From the NCBI GenBank assembly GCA_002269645.1, contig NIVC01000326.1:372001-436000 (forward strand): 64,000 nucleotides of DNA. The letters are read 5' to 3'. This document shows, piece after piece, positions 14,380-27,800 of the stretch. The notes below the pieces were generated by a model. That model saw only the letters and a program-made list of their open reading frames with translations, had not been told where the DNA came from and searched no databases. Made by a program: the position numbers and the translations under genes. How positions within the stretch are numbered: the first letter of the stretch is position 1; each line of letters starts with the position of its first letter. The stretch is from Macrostomum lignano. Taxonomy: Eukaryota.

Positions 14380-14990
14380 TAACCTTCTCTTCCCCTCTCC
14401 CCTCTTCCCTCAATCCCTCTCTCCTCTCTTTATCCCCCTCTCCCCCTCTATCCCCTCTCTCCCCACTCTCCTCTCCCCTCTTTATCCCCTCTCTACCCTC
14501 TCTCCTCTCTCCTCTCTCCTCTGTCCTCTCTCCTCTCTTCTCTCTTCTCTCTCTCCTCTCTTTCCTCTCTACTCTCTCTCTCCCCTCTCCCCTCTCTATC
14601 CCCTCTCTACCCTCTCTCCTCTCTCCTCTCTCCTCTGTCCTCTCTCCTCTCTTCTCTCTTCTCTCTCTCCTCTCTTTCCTCTCTACTCTCTCTCTCCCCT
14701 CTCCCCTCTCTATCCCCTCTCTCCCCTCTCTCCTCTCTCCTCTCTCCTCTCTCCTCTCTCCTCTCTTCTCTCTTCTCTCTCTCCTCTCTTTCCTCTCTAC
14801 TCTCTCTCTCTCCTCTCCCCTCTCTATCCCCTCTCTCCCCTCTCTCCTCTCTCCCATCTCCTCTCTCCTCTATTCCCTCTCTCCCCTCTCTCCCGTCTCT
14901 CCTCTCTCCTCTCTTACCTCTATTCTCTCTCTCCCCTGTCTCCCCTCTCTCCTCTATCCCATCTCTACCCTCTCTCCCCTCTCCCCATCG
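14380..14990. repeat. CT-rich low-complexity/tandem tract
   Basis: Polypyrimidine repeats on the plus strand. Confidence 0.85.
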
Positions 14991-16414
14991 CAGCCCGGAT
15001 ACAGAGCAGCTCGATTGACTCCCCAGACTGTCACCAAGCAGCAGATTAATAAACAAGGCAAACGCATCACGGCCGCGATTTGTTTAATTATAACAAACAG
15101 TTTGCATGAAAAAGCCGGATAAATCCAAACAATCTACTGCAGGCTGTTTAGATGCTTAACTAATGCAGATATTATCTTTTAAAAAGGCCTGTTCAACATC
15201 ACAGCGGCCAAGCAAATGTGCCTCTATCTGACTGTCAGGATCGCGCATTGCTTTTAGTCTGCAAAATCCGAATCCGTTGATTCCCAAATTCGACAGTTCC
15301 CTGAAGCTTTCATATGCCAAAATAGAATTACTGGAGTTGTATCCCACTGATATTGAACTCTTGAATATCGCGCTCCCGCCACCCAACACGACAGCGCCGT
15401 ATCCCCTTAGGAAGTTGAGTCAGGAAAAAAATCCAAAAGCGACTTCCGCTGAATTGGCAAAGGCAATTAGGCACTTCCGGGCGCCGTCCTCAAAGTGGGA
15501 AGGGCTGGTTTGAGTGGGAGAATGAAAAATCGACCCGACCGACCCCCCCCCAGCCATCTCACTCCAGCGACTCAAGACTCTGCCTCCCACACTCTCAGCC
15601 CATTCTCTTCCCTAAAGACTTTTCTGTGCACGCCCGCCCTTCCTGAATTCTTGACATCGGAGGGGGGATTCAGGATGGATGCAAGGGGATTTTTATCCCA
15701 CGCCGTAACCGTGCTGCAGAAAATTGCCCCCCCCCATCCCGCCTATGGTCCGCAGTTTGAATTTGAAGGCCACGAAAGACAACTTCATCTCATTTCTCCC
15801 TTGCCACCATGCCCGGTTCCGCATTGCGGATCCAATATCCCGGATGGGGAGGCTGCAGTGGCCGGGCTGACAGCTGTAACTAACACAAACACCGGGGGTG
15901 CCATTAGGGGTGCTGCGGCATACATATAATATATGATTGCCTGTTTGCTGTGAAAACAGGGGATTTGGGGTTGGCCGTTCGCAAATGCATTAACTTGGGC
16001 CGCGGCTCGCACAGCTCGCTCTCCCATATCTGCCCGACTCCCCTCTCCTTCCTTCGCCCCTCTATGAAGGCTGTGACGCATTTTCGACAATGCTAAAAGG
16101 CCTTTCGCCTGCTCTTAGGCCTCATGCTAATGCCAATCAAAGGCGTTCCGAGAGACCCCAATGCTAATGGGTTTTTAATCCGCTCTGCTTGAGTAATTAA
16201 CAGGTTCCTCTCCTCCACTTCCCCCACTCTCTCTCTCCCTCGATTCCTCTCACACGCGGGGTGCTCACCGGCTCTGTTCGGATGCTTTAACCATTCTGCG
16301 GCGAGCTTTCAAGACCCTCTGCTTTTAAAAATATTGTTGGCTTTTTAACGACAGCAAAAACTTCATGTAGGTTTTGTCCCCAAAACTGACGTTTGGATGC
16401 GCGAGCGTCACAGA

Positions 16415-16582
16415 ATAGTCACTGCGAGTGTCACTGGATAGTCACTGAATAGTCACTGAATAGTCACTGAATAGTCACTGAATAGTCACTGAATAGTCAC
16501 TGAATAGTCACTGCGAGTGTCATTGGATGGCCACTGAATAGTCACTGAATAGTCACTGAATAGTCACTGGTAGTGTCACTGA
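16415..16582. repeat. 11-bp tandem repeat (AATAGTCACTG)
   Basis: Read directly. Confidence 0.9.
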
Positions 16583-17639
16583 GACAATGTCCTGGTGCAG
16601 ATGAGTAAATTGGCTCCAAACGCGAATTCTCACTGCACCATCGCCGTGTGTGGGTGGATTCTTTGCAGCAGATTATTCGGCAATTAAGGCCATTTGAGAA
16701 CAAACCAGAGTAAGTGAACAAATTTTGTTGGGTCAATAAAGTGTGAAATGCGAGAACTGTGAGAGAGTGGGAGCAGATGAGAGGGTAGAATATCGAGGAC
16801 GCATGCAGGAGTGCGATAAATGGAGTTAATCATAGAAGAGACTGATGGCAGATGGCGGGAAAGAGAGAGAAGAGAGGAGAGGAGAGAAGATTAGAGAAAA
16901 GGAGAATAGAGTAAAGTGTGGAGAGGAAGGCAGAGACCAGAGAGTGACTTGTGCTAACGTTGTATTGTTGAACAGGGGCATGAGCAGGAGCTCGGCTGAA
17001 TCGCAGGTGGACTCACAGGCTGATTGTGTGACTGCTAGCTATAGTAGATATTAGCGAGCTCCACCCCTGTCATCAGTCTGCTCTGGGTCTCGCATTTTCT
17101 CTCCCTTACTCTCTAATTAGCGTTTGTCTTCTGGTAAATATTATCACACTGCACACACTGCAGAGTTAGTTACATGGGGTAAAAGGCAAGGTTGAGACTG
17201 ACTGAATTGCCTTCCTCTTCTGCTAAAGAGCCTTGCACTGCGGGTCAGTACTCGTCCCCGAGAGTGGACTCAATACAAATTGGATTAGCCAATTAATAAA
17301 GAAAGGGTGAAAGGAAAGCTAATTAAACAATCAATTAGTCGCGTTGCAGATTGCTTAAATACAGCTTTATTAAGCCTGCAAGAAATTGCTGTCTGGTAAA
17401 ACCAGTTTGCTTGAACTTTATTGTAAAGCAAACAAGATGAGGGATGGCTAATGGCTATTTTTGAAAGTTTTTGTTCGACTGGAACGATATACATGTGAAG
17501 TTCTTTGAAAAAGTTATTTGTTGGCTGGGCTTTGCTATCGGAGAGGGTTTCGGGTAGTGGACTGTGTAATGGTCATATCGGACAGGGGTTTGGTGTGCCT
17601 GTTATGTGCTAGCGTCGTAAATGGGGTGACTGGGCTGTG

Positions 17640-17985
17640 CACAAGGCCTTATCAAGGAGTTTGCGGTTGGTTGTGTTGTGCTACGGTCTTATCGGGGAGC
17701 AGTTTGGGTGGCTATGTTGTGCTAGGATCTTATCAGGGAGGAGTTTGAGGGTGGCTGTGTTGTGCTAGCGTCTTATAGGAGAGGGGTTTGGGGTGGCTGT
17801 GTTGTGCTAGGATCTTATCGGGGAGGAGTTTGAGGGTGGCTGTGTTGTGCTAGCGTCTTATCGGAGAGGGGTTTGGGGTGGCTGTGTTGTGCTAGGGTCT
17901 TATCGGGCAGGGGATTTGGGTAGCTATGCTGTGCTAGGGTATTATCGGCTAAGGGGTTTGGGGTGGCTGTGTTGTGCTAGATTGA
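17640..17985. repeat. ~42-bp G-rich minisatellite (GGCTGTGTTGTGCTAGGGTCTTATCGGGGAGGGGTTTGGGGT), array 1
   Basis: Read directly. Same family as 19240-19725. Confidence 0.85.
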
Positions 17986-18813
17986 TTGTATGGCTCTTCA
18001 ATGGCCATTATCAACAACTAAAATAACATTTAGTGCAAGAAAAAATGTTTTCATCCAATCTGAAATTCAATCGCGATTCGCTACTGTATTTGTGTATTTG
18101 CTCTAATAACATGTTAATGAGCGAAGAAAATAATGCGCAACAAGTTTGCGAGGCTCGAAAGCTCAAAAAGATGATTATTAATCTGAAATTTCCCTTGCAA
18201 ATTTACCAATTGAAACGCGATATTGCGAAAAACAGGCAACTAATAAATGATCGATGTAGAAGAGGAAACATATTTTATCTTTTTACATCAACTAGGCAGA
18301 GCATGCCAAAAAAGACAAAACAATGAGTTTACGTACGTTGTATTCATAAAACACGAATTACGCCTTGTACTAAACCGATTTTTTTATAAATTTAGACCTA
18401 CATAATTAGCACAAAGTCAACACGAACAAATATATGTACAGATAGGACAAGCTCCTTGCGCCTCGAGCGAACAGAGTTAACAAAGGAGGCAAATTATAAG
18501 GAGAATTTAATTGGTAAGAATAAGACAATTAACAGCTTCGGTACAAGGGTTTTGAGTCCATTGTGTACATGGCGAGTGGTGGAGATACAGTGTACGGTAT
18601 ACAAAATCTTACAGTAAGCTTTATCGGGGAATGAAGTGCTCTTAGCAAAGTCAACAATCACTTTCAAAAAGCGCATTTTCAGTCAGTTTTTGCTCTCTGA
18701 TTGGCCCACGCCAAGCCTTTATCGTGCTGCAGCCTGCTATGGCGTGCATGACAGGGTGGGCTTCAGTCCGCCTTTTTTGAGAGGTGAATCTGACTCAGTG
18801 CGGGAACAGTAGA

Positions 18814-21800
18814 CTAGCAAACTGACTGCAATTGCCCGCTCTGATTGGCTGCTGACTGCTGCTGTTGTTGTTGTTGCTGTTGTTGCTGTTGTTGTTGTTT
18901 CTGCGTTGGCTGCTTTTTCTTGCCGCCGCCACGCTTGTTGCCGGTTGTCGCTTGCCCAGCCGGCTGCTGCTGCTGCTGTGCGCCAAAAACCTTGGGGAAG
19001 TCACCCTCGCAGACTGGCAGGCCGTTGGCGATGGCGTAGCGGTCCCCCGGCTGCAGCTGCGAGTGGCAGTGCGAGCAGACAAAGCAATTCACGTGGTAAA
19101 CTTTGTTGTGGGATCGCAGCACGAACTCAGTGGCGGAAATGGGCGACGAGCAGCCGAAGCAGGTGCCTTGGCTGCCGAACATCCTGAAGAATCGATGAGG
19201 TTGTGCGTTGGTTGATTTTACAAGCGTCTGAGGGGATTGGTTTGGAGTGGCTGTTTTGTGTTAGGGTCTTATCGGGGAGGGGTTTGGGTGGCTGTGTTGT
19301 GTTAGGGTCTTATCGGGGAGGGGTTTGGAGTGGCTGTGTTGTGTTAGGATCTTATCGGGGAGGGGTTTGGGTGGCTGTGTTGTGTTAGGGTCTTATCGGG
19401 GAGGGGTTTGGAGTGGCTGTGTTGTGTTAGGGTCTTATCGGGGAGGGGTTTGGGGTGGCTGTGTTGTGTTAGGATCTTATCGGGGAGGGGTTTGGGGTGG
19501 CTGTGTTGTGTTAGGATCTTATCGGGGAGGGGTTTGGGTGGCTGTGTTGTGTTAGGGTCTTATCGGGGAGGGGTTTGGAGTGGCTGTGTTGTGTTAGGGT
19601 CTTATCGGGGAGGGGTTTGGGGTGGCTGTGTTGTGTTAGGATCTTATCGGGGAGGGGTTTGGGGTGGCTGTGTTGTGTTAGGATCTTATCGGGGAGGGGC
19701 TTGGGGCGGCTGGGCTGTGCTAGGGTCTCATCAGATGAGCTTTATTTGTGCTTGAAAGTCTTGCCCAAAGTTACTTTTTATGAGCCTTTTATTTATTAGC
19801 GCTGTTACAATAGTCAGACTAATTTATTTTGCGAACGGTTAGAGGACACATAAAATGCCTTGGAAATTACGTGCCATTTACGCATTTTCATGACAATGCG
19901 ACTATGAAAAATCGGCTAGTGGAGTGTGGGGTGGGGAGGGGGGCTAAGGAAAATTGCAAAGATTTATGGCGGATAACTGATAAAATAAATTAATTGGCCA
20001 GAAGGAACAGCTGTTTGTTGTTATACTTCAGGAGAGCACTTAAAATAGTTTTTTTCCCGGAAAGGCCTGATTGCACGGATATCTCACTCAAAACAGATAT
20101 AATCAGATATTGTATAATTCTAAAAAAGATTGCGCCCAGCCTATTGCAGCGTTGCAGGTAGAACAAATAAATCACACAATAGACCGAATTGAAGATTGCA
20201 GGGCCCGTTATCAGCAATCGAGGGGGCGCTGGGCGGCCCGGGGGCCATTATTGCGGTGGCGAGATAACGCACCCACCAGCTCAGCCTCTCAGCCCCCACC
20301 CACACACGGCACACAACGAAGTCATCAGCAAAATTACCAGCAGGGCAGGCTGGGGCTGGGGCAGGCCTGAATTTTATATATATGCACATATATATATATA
20401 TATATGTATATACGGGTTCTAATATAATTAGCGTAATTATTACGCGGGCAATTAGGCCTCGGTTGCGATAGATATACATTTTATACACCCAATTTATACG
20501 CAAGTCAATGGCCGGGCAGGCATCATTAAAGTTAATTGCCGGGAAGGCCTTGCTCCATCCCCCAGCCTCCCTCCGCCGCGAGCTCCATCAAAACATGTCA
20601 CGTAGCTGAGAGGGGAGTTTTCTCGGAATTCACTTATATGCGGAGCTTTATCTGACTCCCGCGTCCAGCCTAACTCCATCATCCATTTGCTCAGGGCCCA
20701 CCCAACAGTTGCCTTCTCTCACCCCTTTTATGCTGCTGCTCCACTCTGACTTTGGGATTGAAATTCGATTTGAGGATCTGAGTGCGTGCGGCCTGAGAAT
20801 AAAACTGTACGCAAAACTGGGATTCGAATTGAATTCGCCTGCTTCACTAGTTAACTACGATACATATCGGTAGACGGTAGTCAAACTAGGCTTTTCTCTC
20901 TCCTATTTGTCTTTCTCTTATTAGACCTTGTGCCTTCCGTTTGTGCACTTACTTTCTCAGCCTCCCTCTCCCTCCATCTCTTGCTCTCAACTCCTCACCC
21001 TCTCTCGAGCAGGCCGCCAACTCACTTGAGATAGTCATTCCTGCACAGGATCATGCCGCCGCGCGAGTAGCAGGAGTCGCCCAGGTCGCACAGGGCGCAG
21101 CCGCACTGGTAGCACTTCAGGCAGCGGGTGTGCCAGCAGCGGTCGACGGCCTGCAGCAGGAACTGCTCGGTGATCTGGCAGCCGCAGCCCGCGCACCAGG
21201 CCACTCCGGCTGACATCGACATCACGGCGGCCGTGTGGTGCGCTGGGTGGCCTGCGGGGGTGGAGGCGTTGGGAGTTTCGGTTGATCCTTAGTACATGAT
21301 AGTACATGATAGTACATGATGTACATGATAGTACATGATAGTACATGATAACACGATAGTAGATGATAGTACATGATAGTACATGATTGGGGGCCGAGCA
21401 GCTCAGTGGTAAGCGCATACGACTCGCGTCTGGTGGGTTGTCGTGTGATCCACGGCTACATGAGGGCCCACCCCCAAGTCACAGAGAGTGTACATGAAAT
21501 TCAGGGCTGTTGTACACCCTGTGTGAGCATGCGTATGAGTGCGAGCACCAGGGTGCCCGAAGCCCTCCTGCAGATGTTTACATTCGTAAAGTACAGGGCA
21601 TCTGCATGCAGGCTCAAGCATAGGAGCTTTCGATTTCGCTGGGGCAAACAGTGGAAATGTGAGGAATAATAATTATCCCAGGACATCAGGATAAAGAGAA
21701 TAAAAAGGCAGAGAATGACGCAGGCAAATTACGAAGCAAAAAGAGGCACAAGAAGAGAAGAAGCAGGCCATCGCGGGCGAGGGGGGGAAATATGCAGAAG

Positions 21801-24800
21801 CTGTAATTGAAGCAATTTTCCGGCGGCTGTCCTCCGCCTATCCAGCTGGTTGTGTTTTTAAGTTTGCCCCTGTGCGTCTCCCCTGCCTCCCACTCCCACC
21901 TGACACTCGCCCGGCCCTCGTACAAACACCCCCCCCCCCCTATTCGCTCATTTATCTGCGCGCGCCTCGTCGCCTTCCCGACTTTCGCCTGCGTAACCTG
22001 ATACTAATTGCGTTAATTTGAAAGAGGCTGCAGCGCACAGTCAGGTAGCAGAGGAGACTCTCCTAGGATGGATGGCAGAAACCGAAGGTGAGGGGGGTCT
22101 GCGTAAAAAATAGAGCAGCAGCCGAGAGAGGGTCGGAGAGCGGAGGCCAGCGGGAGAGAAGTGTGGAGACGTCAAGAGGGGACTCGGGGGGGGGGCAGTT
22201 GGAAACACATTAATTACACGGACGGTCGGGCTTGCAACTGGGCGGCGAGAAAGTAATTGAAAGTAAAGAGAGAGTGGAGAAAAAATATAAGAAAAAGGGG
22301 AGAATTGGGGAGGCAAGAGGAGAGTGAGAGTCGAGAGGCAAATGAGGTTGGCAAAAGGAAGTAAGCAATAGAGGATTTGGAGGCCTTCGGTTTGGGAGAA
22401 TTCTTGCAGGAAGGGAGCAGAAGAAAACTCCACTTTTCTCTCTCCTGTTTCTCCCTCTCATTTCCCTCGCGCTCATCTGTGTCGCCCCAATCCCAATCTG
22501 TAGCATTTCATGCAATTATTTCGACATCAATTAAGACACACGTCTCGGCCCGATGGCCAAGATTGGGAGGAGCAACGGAGAAGATTTGGGGAGGCGAGGA
22601 GCGCCGGGGTTGGGAGATGGGAGAAGCAGCCCTTCTGTGTCTAATTAAGTATTGACCTCCCGTCCGCTGGCCTCCCCACTCCCCTCCCACAGGCCGAGGC
22701 CTCTTTCCCAGTAGCCCTGCTTTATTAACCTCGCTCACTGGCGTCCAGCCTACCAAACCTAAGCCGCTGACTCCTACGAAATTTTTAATTAGCATCATTA
22801 GGCTCCCGGGGAGTGAGACAGGAGAAAGACAAGGCTCTGGTTTGGCTGTTGTTCGGTCCTACCCAGTCCAGTCCTCCTCCTTGACTTGCGATTTTTCTCG
22901 CATAAGCTGCTTCGTAAGTTCGAGCCTAGAAAGCGTAATCTATGCTTCGTCAACGGCCGACTTTGAGGAACTTTTAAAATTTCTCTCGCAAGCGCGCGCT
23001 GTTACGAGCTGACGGAGCTGTATAGATTGATAAGGCTTATCCAATGTACACTCGCGTGAATGCGTGTACACTGACTTAGTGTACATTGGCGCGAAGCAAT
23101 TAATTAGCCCGCCGCGTACAGAATAAGCCAACCCGGCCCCCTATTAAAGGCGACAAAATTCATTTTATCACAACTGTTTGCTCAGACTCGGGGACGGCTG
23201 GCTGGCTGATGGCAGAATAAACAGGCCTAATTAATAGCTCTGCAATTGTGATGTGTCCTCCTTCACCCCCTCCCTCTATGTTTGTGGATTTGCGGGGCTT
23301 GAGGGGGGGGGGGTTCTCCAGACCATCAAGCCAACACACAACAGGCGAACCAAAGCCACCCCAGCCCAAGACCAAGTCGGGTAAACAAACTGGTCAAATC
23401 GCAATTAAATGACGACCCCAGCCACCCTCCTTCAAGACCCCACCCTGCAAATCCAGTCCAGCAAGCAGTCGTCAGTCAGCTCAGCGCTCTCAATTCATTG
23501 GTTTGGTTGGATTGGTTATTGGAAAGGGAAACGGGTCCAGCTAAGGGGGCTCCCATCGTATTCAGGACTTAGAAAATAGCTGCCCTACCTTATCCCTAAG
23601 CTCCTAATCCAATACACGCAGCTTCTTTCTGCGACTGGCCTGCTTTGCCTGCCTGCCCCCCCCCCACGAGTCCGCTTGCGTTTTTGTTTGCCTTGGTGGC
23701 GAAAAGCAGCAGCAAATTGGGCCAATAATTGCTTCAGCACCGGCTGCTGCTAGTTGTTAACTTGTTAACCGCTGCCTGCGCCTGCGCTGGCCTGAGAGTG
23801 GCAACTGTAGGAGGCAATTTTCGCTTTTCGCCATTGTTGACTGTTCTTTTCACCTTAACATCATTCATTATATAATTTTTAATTTAGTTACCTGGCAAGC
23901 CAGCTAGACTACATGGCATCCTGTGCTCTCAGCTGATTTTCTTCTTTAGGGATTTGGCCTTGTGGGAGAACCGCCGCCGCAGCCATTTGCGTAGGGCAAA
24001 TTTGCCTTAAATTTCCAAGTCTACACCGGTCCGTCTTGTGCGCAAAAGTTTTAAATTGCAACCTGCAATCGATAAATTCAGCCTCCGTCTGGCCCAGTTC
24101 TGAATTAGGGCCGGCTGTGGGCTCCCGCTTCAGCTGCAGCACGCTTGTTCTTCCTTAAACATGCTGTATGCAAGCAGACAGGCCTGCTAGTCAGGGCATG
24201 GCTGTAATTGATAGAATTACCAGGTATAATCCCTATATTACCTTTTCATTTTTAATACTTTCTATACAGCCAGCCTCAAATGGAGCATTAAAACATGCAC
24301 GCCGCGGGAATCCCAAAGCCGAAATCCCAGCGCTATTGCTAATCCGATAATAAACGAATTTTGTACATGCAAGTGATCGCTATACTCAGAAATTCAGAAT
24401 CATCTGCAAATCCCCAGCGGCTGCTGCAGGATTGTCGGACTTTTATTAATCCCCCGATCCCCTGTGAGCCAGCTGATTGCAAACTGAGCATACAAACTGC
24501 ACTGCCGCTGGGGGGCGCCTCATCCTTCCCTGCAGTATGCAGCGATGTCCGCGAACTGCAGTTTATGTTAACCAGGTGCGGCAGCAAGGGGATCAGATGG
24601 TGGCAGCGGAGGGGATAAATAAGTTTTTAATTAAGGCCCACCGGTCCAGCCTCAATCATCGGGCCAAGAGTTTATTAAATATGCAGAGGCAAATATTAAC
24701 TCCCCATCGAGTTTCACCCGCTCCATATATTATTATTTCCTTTCGCTTTAAAAATAAGCTCGACTCCTCCGCAGGCGAGCCGCAGGACAAATACCAACAC

Positions 24801-27800
24801 CCCTTGGCAATTAAGCCGCTAATGCCTTCCCTGCCCCCTCGTTCTTCGCGATGAAGAGGAAGGGCGGCCGCCGTGGGGAAGAAAGGGGAGATGAGGAGGA
24901 GAAACGGGAGGCTGAAGACCCTCTGAAGACTGGTAGGGCCGGGGGTGCAGGGGTGGGCACTTTTAATTAAGCCGCTGCAGTTCCCAAGCCATAGATCCCA
25001 AATGCCCCCCCCCCCCAATTAACCCGGGCACCTTCGCGCTCCCCCTCAGCCTTGAGAGCAAAACCCATCGAACCAACCAACAATCTCCCCCCCCCCATTA
25101 AAAGCGCAGGTGAAATTTGGGGATTTTGCATTTAGTTTACAATGGAAGGGGATGGAGCTAAATCGGAGACATTTTTATAGTTGACTGGAAGTTCCTCCTT
25201 AATTTGAATGTGCAGATTCGCCTTGATTCGCCTTTTGTCTTACTTTTGTCCAGCAGCCTAAGCATAGATAGGAGGAACTAAGTATTATAGATCTCAAATG
25301 GCACCCCGTGAATTCTCAGAGATCCCAAATGGCACCACCATGGAGGCTCAGAGATCCCAGATGGCACCCCATGATGAAGGATCAGAGATCCCAAATGACA
25401 CCCCGTGAAGGATCAGAGATCCCAAATGACACCCTGTGATGAAGGATCAGAGATCCCAAATGACACCCCGTGAAGGATCAGAGATCCCAAATGACACCCT
25501 GTGAAGGATCAGAGATCCCAAATGGCACCCCATGATGAAGGATCAGAGATCCCAAATGACACCCCGTGATGAAGGATCAGAGATCCCAAATGACACCCCG
25601 TGATGAAGGATCAGAGATCCCAAATGACACCCCATGATGAAGGATCAGAGATCCCAAATGGCACCCCATGATGAAGGATCAGAGATCCCAAATGACACCC
25701 CGTGATGAAGGATCAGAGATCCCAAATGGCACCGCGGTCCCCAGGAAGACTCAGATCCCCAAGTGAAAATGCCAAAGTATTCATCGATTCGCTCATTTTA
25801 ATCCATGCAGTTACAACCAAAAATGGGAGATAAATGTGATGCTGTCCCGGCGGTTCCCACAGAAGCGACTCAATTGACAATGTAATCGATTAATCACTTC
25901 GGATTTCCCGTGTCTGACTCGAACAACTCTCGGAGTTAAGACAGGCCCAGCTGAACTCAGCGCTCAATATCTCACGTATTCAATATGCAAAATGCATCAA
26001 TCATGAATAAAAACGGGGAGGACAATCATATGGCGGAGATGGGGAAGCCAATAAGAGGCTGGGCAGACCCCATTGTCTCGATATTTGATTGCTACAATCG
26101 ATCAAACATTGCAGGAGGGCTGCGGGTCTGCTAACTCAATAACCATCAGTGCGGGCATCACATACCGGGCTGACCGCATGATCAGATCGCGTTGAAAGTT
26201 TGTCATTTGTCAAATTTCCCTCGGCCAAATGAGATGTGGTCAATATGCTAAAGAGCCGCTCAGGGAGTGTGAGGGGCGCCAAGGTTATGGCGCCGCCACC
26301 CTGACGCCCCGCCCCCACTCTAGTACCCCCCACTTTGGCGCCCCCACCCTGGCGCCAGAGTGTAAAGGGCGCTAACACAACAGGGGCGGGGAGAGGGCGC
26401 CAACAGGGGATGAGAGAGACGCCAACAGGGGATGAGAGGGGCGCCAACAGGGGATGAGAGGGGCGCCAACAGGGGATGAGAGAGACGCCAACAGGGGATG
26501 AGAGGGGCGCCAACAGGGGATGAGAGGGGCGCCAACAGGGGATGAGAGAGACGCCAACAGGGGATGAGAGGGACGCCAACAGGGGATGAGAGAGACGCCA
26601 ACAGGGGATGAGAGGGACGCCAACAGGGGATGAGGGGCGCCAACAGGGGATGAGAGGGGCGCCAACAGGGGATGAGAGAGATGCCAACAGGGGATGAGGG
26701 GCGCCAACAGGGGATGAGAGGGGCGCCAACAGGGGATGAGAGGGGCGCCAACAGGGGATGAGAGAGACGCCAACAGGGGATGAGGGGCGCCAACAGGGGA
26801 TGAGAGGGGCGCCAACAGGGGATGAGAGAGACGCCAACAGGGGATGAGAGAGACGCCAACAGGGGATATGAGAGACGCCAAAAGGGGATATGAGGGACGC
26901 CAACAGGGGATATGAGGGACGCCAACAGGGGATATGAGGGACGCCAACAGGGGATGAGAGGGACGCCAACAGGGGATGAGAGGGGCGCCAACAGGGGATG
27001 AGAGGGGCGCCAACATGGGATGAGAGGGGCGCCAACAGGGGATGAGAGGGACGCCAACAGGGATGAGAGGGACGCCAACAGGGGATGAGAGAGACGCCAA
27101 CAGGGGATGAGGGGCGCCAACAGGGGATATGAGGGACGCCAACAGGGATGAGAGAGACGCCAACAGGGGATATGAGGGACGCCAACAGGGGATATGAGGG
27201 ACGCCAACAGGGGATGAGAGAGACGCCAACAGGGGATATGAGGGACGCCAACAGGGGATATGAGGGACGCCAACAGGGGATATGAGGGACGCCAACAGGG
27301 GATGAGAGAGACGCCAACAGGGGATATGAGGGACGCCAACAGGGGATGAGAGAGACGCCAACAGGGGATGAGAGAGACGCCAACAGGGGATATGAGAGAC
27401 GCCAACAGGGGATTTGAGGGACGCCAACAGGGGATATGAGGGACGCCAACAGGGGATATGAGGGACGCCAACAGGGGATGAGAGGGACGCCAACAGGGGA
27501 TGAGAGGGGCGCCAACAGGGGATGAGAGGGGCGCCAACATGGGATGAGAGGGACGCCAACAGGGATGAGAGAGACGCCAACAGGGGATGAGAGAGACGCC
27601 AACAGGGATGAGAGGGACGCCAACAGGGATGAGAGAGACGCCAACAGGGGATATGAGGGACGCCAACAGGGGATATGAGGGACGCCAACAGGGGATGAGA
27701 GAGACGCCAACAGGGGATATGAGGGACGCCAACAGGGGATATGCGGGACGCCAGAGTGCTAGGAAATATGAGGGGCGCCAGGTGAGGGCACCAGCAGGGT

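Noticed and set aside
15156-15513. Overlapping 77-78 aa ORFs in unique sequence
   Set aside because: No recognisable motif, and no convincing splice context was found.
11400-18800. Downstream homeobox exons that would make the LIM gene a LIM-homeodomain gene
   Set aside because: No homeodomain-like translation was seen. The LIM2 exon has its own stop, and the LIM linker is LMO4-type.
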